Virus record (IMG/VR): IMGVR_UViG_3300009158_000045
Location: 9,121-73,120 of that record
Strand: one strand, 5' to 3'
Origin: a virus
Length of the DNA stretch: 64,000 bases
In this document: one piece after another, positions 49,447-57,599 of the stretch
Layout of the letters: every line of letters starts with the position of its first letter
Numbering within the stretch: the first letter of the stretch is position 1
Position numbers and translations under genes: made by a program
The notes under the pieces: generated by a model
Database searches by the model: none
What the model saw: the letters and a program-made list of their open reading frames with translations, nothing else
Told to the model about the DNA's origin: nothing

Positions 49447-50000
49447 GTAAAGATTTTTGGCAAAGCGTTGATAAGAATAATGTAGGAGATGCTATATTAA
49501 CTGGTTATGTTGGTAGCTTAAAGGACATGCCAGTATATGAATATGTTTCTTCTTTAATGGGATCTGGAGAATACGTTTTAGATTTTGGTTGTGGGGTAGG
49601 AAGAAACTCTGTTGAGTTGGCCAAGTCTTATAAAAATGTTATATCATTTGATTTGCCAAATATGATAGATCTAGTTCCAGAAGAAAATAAATTAAAAAAT
49701 ATACAGTACATAAATGATTGGGAAAAGGTAAAGGAATTTAAATTTGATTTATCTCTGGGCAGCTTAGTTTTTCAGCACATAGAAGAAACAGAATTAAATG
49801 AATATTTAAATGATTTGTCTAAAATTACAAATTCTTTAATTGTGCATAGTAGAACCTGGATTGATCATTCTGAAGTAAAGGTCTTGCCAATATTAGAAAA
49901 ATACTTTATACTAGACTCAATAGAATATTCTATAGATCCAAATAGCCCTTCCGACGATCACTTCGTTGCAGTTTTAAAATCAAAGGAGCAATATGCTTAA
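49443..50000 (+). CDS. class I SAM-dependent methyltransferase
   Basis: VLDFGCGVGRN, LVFQHI. Confidence 0.85.
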   Translation: MSKDFWQSVDKNNVGDAILTGYVGSLKDMPVYEYVSSLMGSGEYVLDFGCGVGRNSVELAKSYKNVISFDLPNMIDLVPEENKLKNIQYINDWEKVKEFKFDLSLGSLVFQHIEETELNEYLNDLSKITNSLIVHSRTWIDHSEVKVLPILEKYFILDSIEYSIDPNSPSDDHFVAVLKSKEQYA

Positions 50001-50334
50001 TCCAGTATTTGAAGATACACAGGTATTTCGATGCACAGATTTATATTTAAGTGCAGTAAGTGCACCAGCAGGATATGCAATTTGGTCAGCATGTCATGAA
50101 ATTGCAAAAATGCTTATTGAAAAAAATATCTCTTATGGAAACTCCGCTCTGGATCCAGCAAGAATATTTTCAGTGGCGGATTCGACAGAGCAGCTAAAAG
50201 TTCGAATTGATGACAAATTAAATAGAGTTAAAAATAATCAGGGGTATGCTGGAGATAATGATATAGACGACTTGATTGGCTATCTAGTACTTTATAAAAT
50301 AGCTAAAAGTCAGGTTGCAATTTCAGTCGACTAG
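49993..50334 (+). CDS. nucleotide-modification-associated (Nmad1/DUF1599-like) protein
   Basis: EKNISYGNS...VRIDDKLNR...DDLIGYLVL. Confidence 0.7.
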   Translation: MLNPVFEDTQVFRCTDLYLSAVSAPAGYAIWSACHEIAKMLIEKNISYGNSALDPARIFSVADSTEQLKVRIDDKLNRVKNNQGYAGDNDIDDLIGYLVLYKIAKSQVAISVD

Positions 50335-50343
50335 AAGTATAAT
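50315..50343 (+). promoter_or_regulatory. sigma70-type promoter, leaderless, for terminase genes
   Basis: TTGCAA-N17-TATAAT; ATG 7 nt downstream. Confidence 0.75.
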
Positions 50344-50350
50344 AAATTAT

Positions 50351-50890
50351 ATGACTAATGAAATAGAGCCAGCAGTTCATTTTGACCGCATGAATAAGGT
50401 GGTTGAAGAATTGCTCAAAGGTAATTCAGCAACACAAATAGCAACCCTTACTGGGTTTTCTAGAAAAGAAGTCTTGGAATTTATTGATGAGTGGAAAATA
50501 GTAGTACACAATGATACTAATATTAGAGATCGTGCCAGAGAAGCTATTTCTGGCGCTGATCAACACTATGCAATGCTAATTAAAGAGGCCTGGAAAACCG
50601 TAGAGGACGCAGACACACAGGGTCAGCTAAGTGTGAAGTCGGCATCATTAAAGCTTATAGCAGACATTGAAACAAAAAGAATATCGATGCTTCAGTCTAT
50701 TGGTGTATTAGAAAATACACAAATAGCTTCACAAATTGCAGAGACTGAAAGAAAGCAAGAAGTCCTAGTGGGAATATTAAAAGAGGTTACTGCTGGTTGT
50801 TCAAAATGCAAAATGGATGTTGCAAAAAGGCTTTCTCAAATTACTGGGATAGTCGAATCCGTTGTAATTGAGGATGCAAATGTCGTTTGA
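50351..50890 (+). CDS. putative terminase small subunit
   Basis: N-terminal HTH (GNSATQIATLTGFSRKEV), helical body, directly upstream of TerL. Confidence 0.7.
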   Translation: MTNEIEPAVHFDRMNKVVEELLKGNSATQIATLTGFSRKEVLEFIDEWKIVVHNDTNIRDRAREAISGADQHYAMLIKEAWKTVEDADTQGQLSVKSASLKLIADIETKRISMLQSIGVLENTQIASQIAETERKQEVLVGILKEVTAGCSKCKMDVAKRLSQITGIVESVVIEDANVV

Positions 50891-52682
50891 TTTTGCAGAT
50901 TTAATTGATATTTTAGACGGGGAAGAGTTTGAAGAAAAGCCAGTAGATCTTCGTACATTTGTTAATGACCCAAATTATTTAGGACTACCTCCTCTTTCAG
51001 AATATCAATATACTTTAATTGAAAAAAGTTCTCAGATATATAAAGAGTCTACGTTAAAAAAATTGTTTGGAGAAGACGAAGGATCAATAAGGTTTAAGCA
51101 GACAGCAAATGAAGTTGTTGCACAACTAGGAAAAGGTTCAGGAAAAGATTACTGCTCAACCATTGCAGTTGCATATATAGTTTATTTACTATTGTGTTTA
51201 AAAGATCCAGCAACCTACTATGGAAAACCACCAGGAGACTCTATTGACATTATTAATATTGCTATTAACTCACAGCAAGCAACCAACGTATTTTTTAAAG
51301 GGTTTAAAAGCCGAATAGATAAGTCACCATGGTTTGTTGGTAAGTACTATTCTAAGGCATCCGAAATTCAATTTAATAAAGCTATAACAGTTCACTCTGG
51401 TCACTCAGAAAGAGAAGCCTGGGAAGGGTATAACGTCATAGTTGTTATTCTTGATGAGATTTCTGGTTTTGCTATTGATAACACAACAGGCCACGATCAG
51501 GCTAAAACAGGTAGCGCAGTGTATGATATGTATAGAGCATCAGTAGATTCTCGTTTCCCAGATTTTGGTAAAGTTATTCTCTTATCATTCCCTAGATTTA
51601 AGAATGATTACATACAGCAAAGATATGATGCGGTTGTAGGCGAAAAAGAAACTATAGTAAGGGATCATAAATTTAAGATGTATGACGAGCTGCCAGATGG
51701 GACTGTGGGTAACGAGTTTGAGATTCAGTGGGAAGAAGATCACATTGTATCTTATAAGATACCCAAAGTTTATGCGCTTAAGAGACCAACCTGGGAAGTA
51801 AACCCAGTTAGAAAAATTGATGACTTTAAGACGGCCTTCTATACAAACCCAGGAGATGCTCTTTCAAGATTTGCCTGCATGCCGCCAGACGCTGTTGATG
51901 CATTCTTTAAGTCAAGAGAAAAAGTAGAAAAAGCATTTAATGTAGGATCAATTGCCGTAGACAATTTTGGAAGACTTGAAGAATGGTTTCTGCCAGACCC
52001 AGATAAAAAATATTATATACACGTAGACTTGGCGCAGAAACATGACCACTGTGCAGTTACCATGGCACATGTTAATAAATGGGTAAACGTAAAGGTAACC
52101 GACACATACTCACAGCCAGCACCTATTGTAGAAGTAGATGCAGTAAGGTATTGGACCCCGACACCAGATAAATCAGTGGACTTTACAGAAGTCAAAGACT
52201 ATATCCTTTCTCTTAAAACTAGGGGTTTTAATATAGCAATTTGTACATTTGATAGATGGAACTCGCATGACATGATGCAACAACTTAAACAATATGGAAT
52301 TAATACAGAGATTCTGTCCGTTGCTAAAAAACATTATGATGATATGGCAATGGTTGTAGCAGAAGAAAGATTAATTGGGCCACACATCCCACTACTCATA
52401 GACGAGCTCTGCCAGCTTAGAATTATGAGAGACAAGGTTGATCACCCAAGAAAAGGATCTAAAGACTTAGCTGATGCTACCTGTGGGGCCATATTCAATT
52501 CAATTAGTAGAACTAGGTTTGACAATAATCAAGAAATTAATGTTCATACATATGAATCAATGAGCTATGATAATGATTTTGGCACAAAAAATGATGGGAA
52601 AACCTATAATTATAATATGATCAGGGCACCTAAAATGCCAGCAGATTTAAGAGAAGCAATGGACAGGATGCAAATAATATGA
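50880..52682 (+). CDS. terL: terminase large subunit
   Basis: GKGSGKD, VVILDEISG, HVDLAQKHD, TFDRWNS, DHPRKGSKDLADA. Confidence 0.92.
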   Translation: MSFDFADLIDILDGEEFEEKPVDLRTFVNDPNYLGLPPLSEYQYTLIEKSSQIYKESTLKKLFGEDEGSIRFKQTANEVVAQLGKGSGKDYCSTIAVAYIVYLLLCLKDPATYYGKPPGDSIDIINIAINSQQATNVFFKGFKSRIDKSPWFVGKYYSKASEIQFNKAITVHSGHSEREAWEGYNVIVVILDEISGFAIDNTTGHDQAKTGSAVYDMYRASVDSRFPDFGKVILLSFPRFKNDYIQQRYDAVVGEKETIVRDHKFKMYDELPDGTVGNEFEIQWEEDHIVSYKIPKVYALKRPTWEVNPVRKIDDFKTAFYTNPGDALSRFACMPPDAVDAFFKSREKVEKAFNVGSIAVDNFGRLEEWFLPDPDKKYYIHVDLAQKHDHCAVTMAHVNKWVNVKVTDTYSQPAPIVEVDAVRYWTPTPDKSVDFTEVKDYILSLKTRGFNIAICTFDRWNSHDMMQQLKQYGINTEILSVAKKHYDDMAMVVAEERLIGPHIPLLIDELCQLRIMRDKVDHPRKGSKDLADATCGAIFNSISRTRFDNNQEINVHTYESMSYDNDFGTKNDGKTYNYNMIRAPKMPADLREAMDRMQII

Positions 52683-52927
52683 GCGAGTATCAAGAAAAAG
52701 CAAAGCTTTGTAAATGCTGTAGTAAGCATGTACCTTTGCCAACAGTTCTTAGGGAATATGAGGGCATTACTGTTTGCCCAACAACGTTTTCAAATATATT
52801 AGAATACAAAAGAATATGGCAGTCTTTTGAATCTAGGCCACCTGGTAGCGTAAGAAAACATTTTTCTGAGTACGTACAACAAATTATAGAATCAACTATT
52901 GACAAAACCAAAGAACAAACTATATAA
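52679..52927 (+). CDS. hypothetical zinc-binding protein
   Basis: CKCC..H...VCPTT; ATGA overlap. Confidence 0.6.
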   Translation: MSEYQEKAKLCKCCSKHVPLPTVLREYEGITVCPTTFSNILEYKRIWQSFESRPPGSVRKHFSEYVQQIIESTIDKTKEQTI

Positions 52928-52928
52928 T
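52899..52928 (+). promoter_or_regulatory. consensus promoter for the tRNA and modification island
   Basis: TTGACA-N18-TATAAT, 8 nt before the tRNA. Confidence 0.75.
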
Positions 52929-52936
52929 ACAACTAG

Positions 52937-53010
52937 GCAACAGTAGCTTAGTTGGTTAAAGCCCCGAACTCATAATTCGGTAATCGTAGGTTCAAGTCCT
53001 ACCTGTTGCA
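52937..53010 (+). tRNA. tRNA with CAT anticodon (Met, or Ile2 if lysidine-modified)
   Basis: GCAACAG/CTGTTGC acceptor, CCGAA-CTCATAA-TTCGG anticodon arm, GTAGG-TTCAAGT-CCTAC T arm; no encoded CCA. Confidence 0.92.
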
Positions 53011-53025
53011 CATGGAGGTAATAGT

Positions 53026-53118
53026 ATGATTAAATTAAAATACTTTTTTTATAACATATATTATAAAATTAAAAAAAGGTTTAAAAAAAATAATAACACA
53101 GATAGGTTTATATATTAA
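53026..53118 (+). CDS. 30-aa basic/aromatic microprotein
   Basis: GGAGG RBS; MIKLKYFFYNIYYKIKKRFKKNNNTDRFIY; TAATG-coupled to the next gene. Confidence 0.55.
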   Translation: MIKLKYFFYNIYYKIKKRFKKNNNTDRFIY

Positions 53119-54149
53119 TGAAGCAAGAAGCAAGAATGTCCCTAGATGCAACCATGATCTATGGGGCAAATGATGATTTTAGATTAAACCTGCTGGCCAG
53201 AAAAGCTTTATTCTTTAACGATTTTCTGTGTTCAACAGAAAATAATCAGACCATCCTTGCAGAAGGAGGGGTAGAGTATTCATACAATTCTGATGGGTTT
53301 AGGTCAGACGACTTTGCTGAAGACGCAGATACATTATTTGCTGGATGCTCCTTTACCTTCGGAACAGGAATGCATCAAAAGTATATTTGGTCAAAGATTG
53401 TTTCAGAAGAAATGGGTGTAGAACACTATAACCTTGGCTCCCCATCATCTTCAATTCCAGCAATAGTGTATTCATTATTTAATTATTTTCAAAAATATGG
53501 AAATCCAAAGAATTTAATTTGCCTTTTCCCTGATTTTTATAGAATGCAAGTACCAATAAATTATAACTTTTATTATTGTGAAAACAATCCAAACGTTGGT
53601 AAAGATCAAGACATGAATGCCTATCAATATATACGTAATGTCACTGGAATACGGCCATCAAATTATCAGACCCTAGACAAAATTTTAGAAAAGCCCTATA
53701 AAATACAACAAGGTTTTTCTGGTGATTTGCCATACTTTTTATCATTAAGACATTTAATGATGCTAGAGCAGTACTGTAAGTCAAGCGGGATAAATTTTAT
53801 CTGGGGCCTATGGCAAACTGAAAATTACGCAGCTATATTAAAAATGAGAGAACATGATAGTAACTTGTTTCCTGGCCTTATTGATTTAGAAATGTATAAA
53901 TGGAGAATGAACTACGATTCCCTAGAAGACGAGTTCTTTCCAGGCAACCATCAAATAGCATTTAATAATTGGGAAGAGTCGGACAAATTAAAAAGACAAC
54001 ACTGCCATACAGAATTAGAAAGCAATGAGCCTGAAATTTTTCACCTGGGCTTAGACAGGCAGCATGGATGGGTAAATACACATTGGGGTACACATAGGCA
54101 TAGACATATTGCTGATTCTTTTATAAAGGAGATTAAAAAAAATGTATAG
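53118..54149 (+). CDS. SGNH-hydrolase-like protein
   Basis: YNSDGFRS, AGCSFTFG, NLGSP, HWGTHRH. Confidence 0.7.
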   Translation: MKQEARMSLDATMIYGANDDFRLNLLARKALFFNDFLCSTENNQTILAEGGVEYSYNSDGFRSDDFAEDADTLFAGCSFTFGTGMHQKYIWSKIVSEEMGVEHYNLGSPSSSIPAIVYSLFNYFQKYGNPKNLICLFPDFYRMQVPINYNFYYCENNPNVGKDQDMNAYQYIRNVTGIRPSNYQTLDKILEKPYKIQQGFSGDLPYFLSLRHLMMLEQYCKSSGINFIWGLWQTENYAAILKMREHDSNLFPGLIDLEMYKWRMNYDSLEDEFFPGNHQIAFNNWEESDKLKRQHCHTELESNEPEIFHLGLDRQHGWVNTHWGTHRHRHIADSFIKEIKKNV

Positions 54150-55137
54150 CATTTCAAAAAAATTTAGGGACGAAAATTTACTATCAAAAAATTTTGTAAA
54201 CCCACATAATGCTTTTGAGAGATTTATTTTTAATGAATTGAGGGCAGTATACAAGCTAGACAATTCAGAAGATCATGGTCCAGGCGTTTCTTATAATCTA
54301 AATAAAAATGACTACAGGTCACCAGAATTTTTTAACAACCCAGATGTAATCATTACTGGTTGCTCTCAAACTTACGGGCAGGGTGTGCCAGAAGAAACAT
54401 CATGGGGTGTACAGGCATCCAATGCTTTAAATTTATCCTATGTAAATATATCAGAGCCTTCATCATCAACCATGCATCAAATTCAAAAAATATTTAAATT
54501 TATAAAAGAATATGGAAAACCAAAATATATTTTTTGCATGTTCCCATCATTTGCAAGATACTCAATGCCAATAAGCCCTGGGCTATTAACGGCTAAATCA
54601 ATAAAACATAATAATGGTAGATATAATGCTTCAAATATTATTGCACAAGTTTTAATTGATGATGATGGATTTGCTCCCGTGCATTCTGATTATTTTACAC
54701 AGGATAGACCGCAGTATTTAAAAAGCCCGTACTATATGGAAGACGTGATACCACCAGAAGTAGGATACTATTATTCTTTTCAGCATATACATATGCTGGA
54801 GCAATACTGCCAAGACGCCAACATAGATTTATATTGGACCACCTGGAATGAATCTGATGAGCATTTAATTAAATATGCAATTAATAAAGACAATGAGCAT
54901 TTTAAAAGATTTTTCTCAATAGATATAGGTGAATGGGAACGAACTAAAGAGTTTAAATATGTGTTAAAATTAGATGCTGGGTGTCACAGTAATGATATAC
55001 TTAGAGATATGTATAAGTACCACTGGGATCTGGGTGGGGACCGCAATCCAGATTCTGGATTACCGCATATGGGTGTTCACTTGCATAAGCATATTGCAGA
55101 TGCGCTACAAGATAGGATAAAAAATGGAAAAAATTGA
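54142..55137 (+). CDS. SGNH-hydrolase-like protein (paralogue)
   Basis: LNKNDYRS, TGCSQTYG, NISEP, HMGVHLH. Confidence 0.7.
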   Translation: MYSISKKFRDENLLSKNFVNPHNAFERFIFNELRAVYKLDNSEDHGPGVSYNLNKNDYRSPEFFNNPDVIITGCSQTYGQGVPEETSWGVQASNALNLSYVNISEPSSSTMHQIQKIFKFIKEYGKPKYIFCMFPSFARYSMPISPGLLTAKSIKHNNGRYNASNIIAQVLIDDDGFAPVHSDYFTQDRPQYLKSPYYMEDVIPPEVGYYYSFQHIHMLEQYCQDANIDLYWTTWNESDEHLIKYAINKDNEHFKRFFSIDIGEWERTKEFKYVLKLDAGCHSNDILRDMYKYHWDLGGDRNPDSGLPHMGVHLHKHIADALQDRIKNGKN

Positions 55138-55645
55138 GTTGCAAGATGGCATCTTTATGATCAAAGATTTTTTGACAGAAGAAGAGGCCGCTTATTTAAA
55201 TAAAATATCGGTAGAAGCAGAAGATGACGACGAACAATGGAAAGAATCTTTAAATAACTCAGAATCATTTTGGCATGATAAGGTAATGCGTATCCCAAAT
55301 CAGAAAATGATGGAAGATATTTATAAAAGAGCCGAAGAATATATTGATCCATCATGTAGACTAAGTGAGCTTACTGTAATACAAAGACTTTATACTGGAT
55401 CATTCTTAAAATATCACCACGACTCTGGTTACACAGATGACTTAAAGTATGCTTTGGTAATTTATATCAACGACAATTATGTTGGAGGGGAACTTCATTT
55501 CCCTGACAGAGACCTAGAGATCAGAGTGCCAGCAAGAGCGCTTGTCACCTTTCCATCTGGACCAGATTACGAGCATGGCGTGAAAGAAGTTTTAGAGGGG
55601 CCAACAAGATATGTTGTTCCATCATTTGCATTCATTAGGAAATAA
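55124..55645 (+). CDS. 2OG-Fe(II) oxygenase
   Basis: HHD, YINDNYVGGEL, HGV...TRY. Confidence 0.9.
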   Translation: MEKIELQDGIFMIKDFLTEEEAAYLNKISVEAEDDDEQWKESLNNSESFWHDKVMRIPNQKMMEDIYKRAEEYIDPSCRLSELTVIQRLYTGSFLKYHHDSGYTDDLKYALVIYINDNYVGGELHFPDRDLEIRVPARALVTFPSGPDYEHGVKEVLEGPTRYVVPSFAFIRK

Positions 55646-56175
55646 TGCGTATTGGTTTATTGGGCTGTGGAATGGTAGGCAATGAGCTATACAAAATGCT
55701 TATTCAAGATGGCCACGACGTAACGGTAGCAGTAAAAAATTTAGATAAGCATAAAGAAATAGATCCTTCTAAAATTACGATAGATCCATATGAAATTGTA
55801 AATGACCCAGGCATTGATATAATAGCAGAGTGCTTGCCTGGAAGAACGCATCCTGATATTAATTTTGCTATTGAATTTATCAGACATTCCTTATATAATA
55901 AAAAAGATGTTTTTACATGTAATAAAATGTTGGCACAAGAGTATGCGGATGAAATTTGCTACAAGGCTGAAATGTACGGTAAAACAGTGTATTTAAACTC
56001 CCTGGTATCCTCAGACAAGCCAGAAGATCTTTTTAATGGAGAAAAGCTAACAAGCAAAAACTTTAAAAAATATAACTCAGACAACATATATATATTCCGT
56101 GGCGGCGGAGGTACGGAGACGGCAAAGTATATGTATGATGAAATTAAGGATTACATAAAAGATAAGGGATTGTAA
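55645..56175 (+). CDS. NAD(P)-binding protein resembling a shortened homoserine dehydrogenase
   Basis: GLLGCGMVG, IDIIAE, VFTCNKMLA, C-terminal RGGGGTETA. Confidence 0.7.
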   Translation: MRIGLLGCGMVGNELYKMLIQDGHDVTVAVKNLDKHKEIDPSKITIDPYEIVNDPGIDIIAECLPGRTHPDINFAIEFIRHSLYNKKDVFTCNKMLAQEYADEICYKAEMYGKTVYLNSLVSSDKPEDLFNGEKLTSKNFKKYNSDNIYIFRGGGGTETAKYMYDEIKDYIKDKGL

Positions 56176-57599
56176 TGATAGTGCTTGGAATTAATGAAAC
56201 ATCTCATGACGCATCAGTATCTCTAATTAAAGACGGAGAAATTTTGTTTGCTGGCCATTCTGAAAGATATAGCAAAAAGAAAAATGACTGGTATGTGAAT
56301 GATAGTTTAATCAATGATGCTTTGTCTTATGGCACACCTGATCACATAGCCTACTACAGAAAGCCTCTTCTAAAGGCCTCTAGGCTATTTCTAAAGGGTG
56401 GTGCTGGGGAATGGAAGCCACGTTTTAATATAGCGGGGATTCCAAGAAAATCATTTGGACACCATTATTCACACGCTTCTGCAGGGTACTATACAAGTCC
56501 GTTTACAGATGCAGCAATAGTGGTTTTAGATGCAATAGGGGAATACAACACATCAACAATATGGGTTGGCGAAGGCGACAATATTAAATTAAAGTACAAG
56601 CAAAACTACCCAGTAAGTTTTGGATTATTTTACTCTTCATTTACTCAGCTCATAGGCCTAATGCCAAACCAAGAAGAATACATTATGATGGGTATGGCTG
56701 CATACGGAGACTGGAGAAGATATTATAAAAAAGTAGATGAGTATTTCCCAGAGTATGATCAACAAAAGTATAATTTTCATAAAGGAATAACTGACTGGGG
56801 AATGGCAATTACCAATCAAGATAAGTTTGATATTGCTGCCGCAGTTCAAGTGGTATATGAGCAGAGATTAAATCAGTTTATGCGTATGGCAAAAAGCTTA
56901 ACAGGAAAAACAAATCTTGTATTTATGGGAGGGTGTGCACTGAACTCTTCAGCAAACACTTTACTTTGGAAAATATTTGACACGGTTTGGATTATGCCAA
57001 ACCCAGGTGATGCTGGTAGCTCTTTGGGCGCAGCCGCAGCTCTATACGGCAAGCATCTTAATTGGGAAAATCCTTACCTTGGTTATGACCTCGGAGGCGA
57101 GTACCCAGAAGATAAAATTATTAACTCAATAGTTACAAATGGAATAGCTGCTGTTGCAACTGGAAGAGCGGAGTACGGGCCAAGAGCATTGGGAAATAGA
57201 AGCATATTGGCGGACCCAAGAGATCCAAACATTAAAGATAAAGTTAATATGATTAAAAAACGTGAGCTATTTAGACCATTCGCACCAGTTATAATGGAAG
57301 AGTATGCATCTGATTGGTTTGATATGGATTTTTCAAGTCCATATATGCAATACACCGTAAAATGCAAAAAGCCAAACCTTATACCATCCGTAGTTCATAG
57401 AGATGGGACTTCAAGAGTTCAAACTGTAAATAAGGATCAGCACGAAGGCCTTTATAATACTTTAAAAAAGTGGAACGATATAACTGGAGTCCCAATCCTT
57501 TTAAACACAAGTTTAAACATAAAAGGACAACCTCTTTTAAATGATCAAAACGATATAAATGAATGGGAACAGTTCTATGGAACCAAAATTATTACATAA
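56175..57599 (+). CDS. carbamoyltransferase (NodU/CmcH family)
   Basis: HDASVSL, HHYSHA, VLDAIGE, GGCALNS, EYGPRALGNRSILADP, RELFRPFAP, HRDGTSRVQTV, LNTSLN. Confidence 0.95.
   Translation: MIVLGINETSHDASVSLIKDGEILFAGHSERYSKKKNDWYVNDSLINDALSYGTPDHIAYYRKPLLKASRLFLKGGAGEWKPRFNIAGIPRKSFGHHYSHASAGYYTSPFTDAAIVVLDAIGEYNTSTIWVGEGDNIKLKYKQNYPVSFGLFYSSFTQLIGLMPNQEEYIMMGMAAYGDWRRYYKKVDEYFPEYDQQKYNFHKGITDWGMAITNQDKFDIAAAVQVVYEQRLNQFMRMAKSLTGKTNLVFMGGCALNSSANTLLWKIFDTVWIMPNPGDAGSSLGAAAALYGKHLNWENPYLGYDLGGEYPEDKIINSIVTNGIAAVATGRAEYGPRALGNRSILADPRDPNIKDKVNMIKKRELFRPFAPVIMEEYASDWFDMDFSSPYMQYTVKCKKPNLIPSVVHRDGTSRVQTVNKDQHEGLYNTLKKWNDITGVPILLNTSLNIKGQPLLNDQNDINEWEQFYGTKIIT

Noticed and set aside
41735-52682. 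Inteins or introns in dnaE, recA or terL
   Set aside because: Lengths are normal and no intein or homing-endonuclease motifs or frame breaks were seen.
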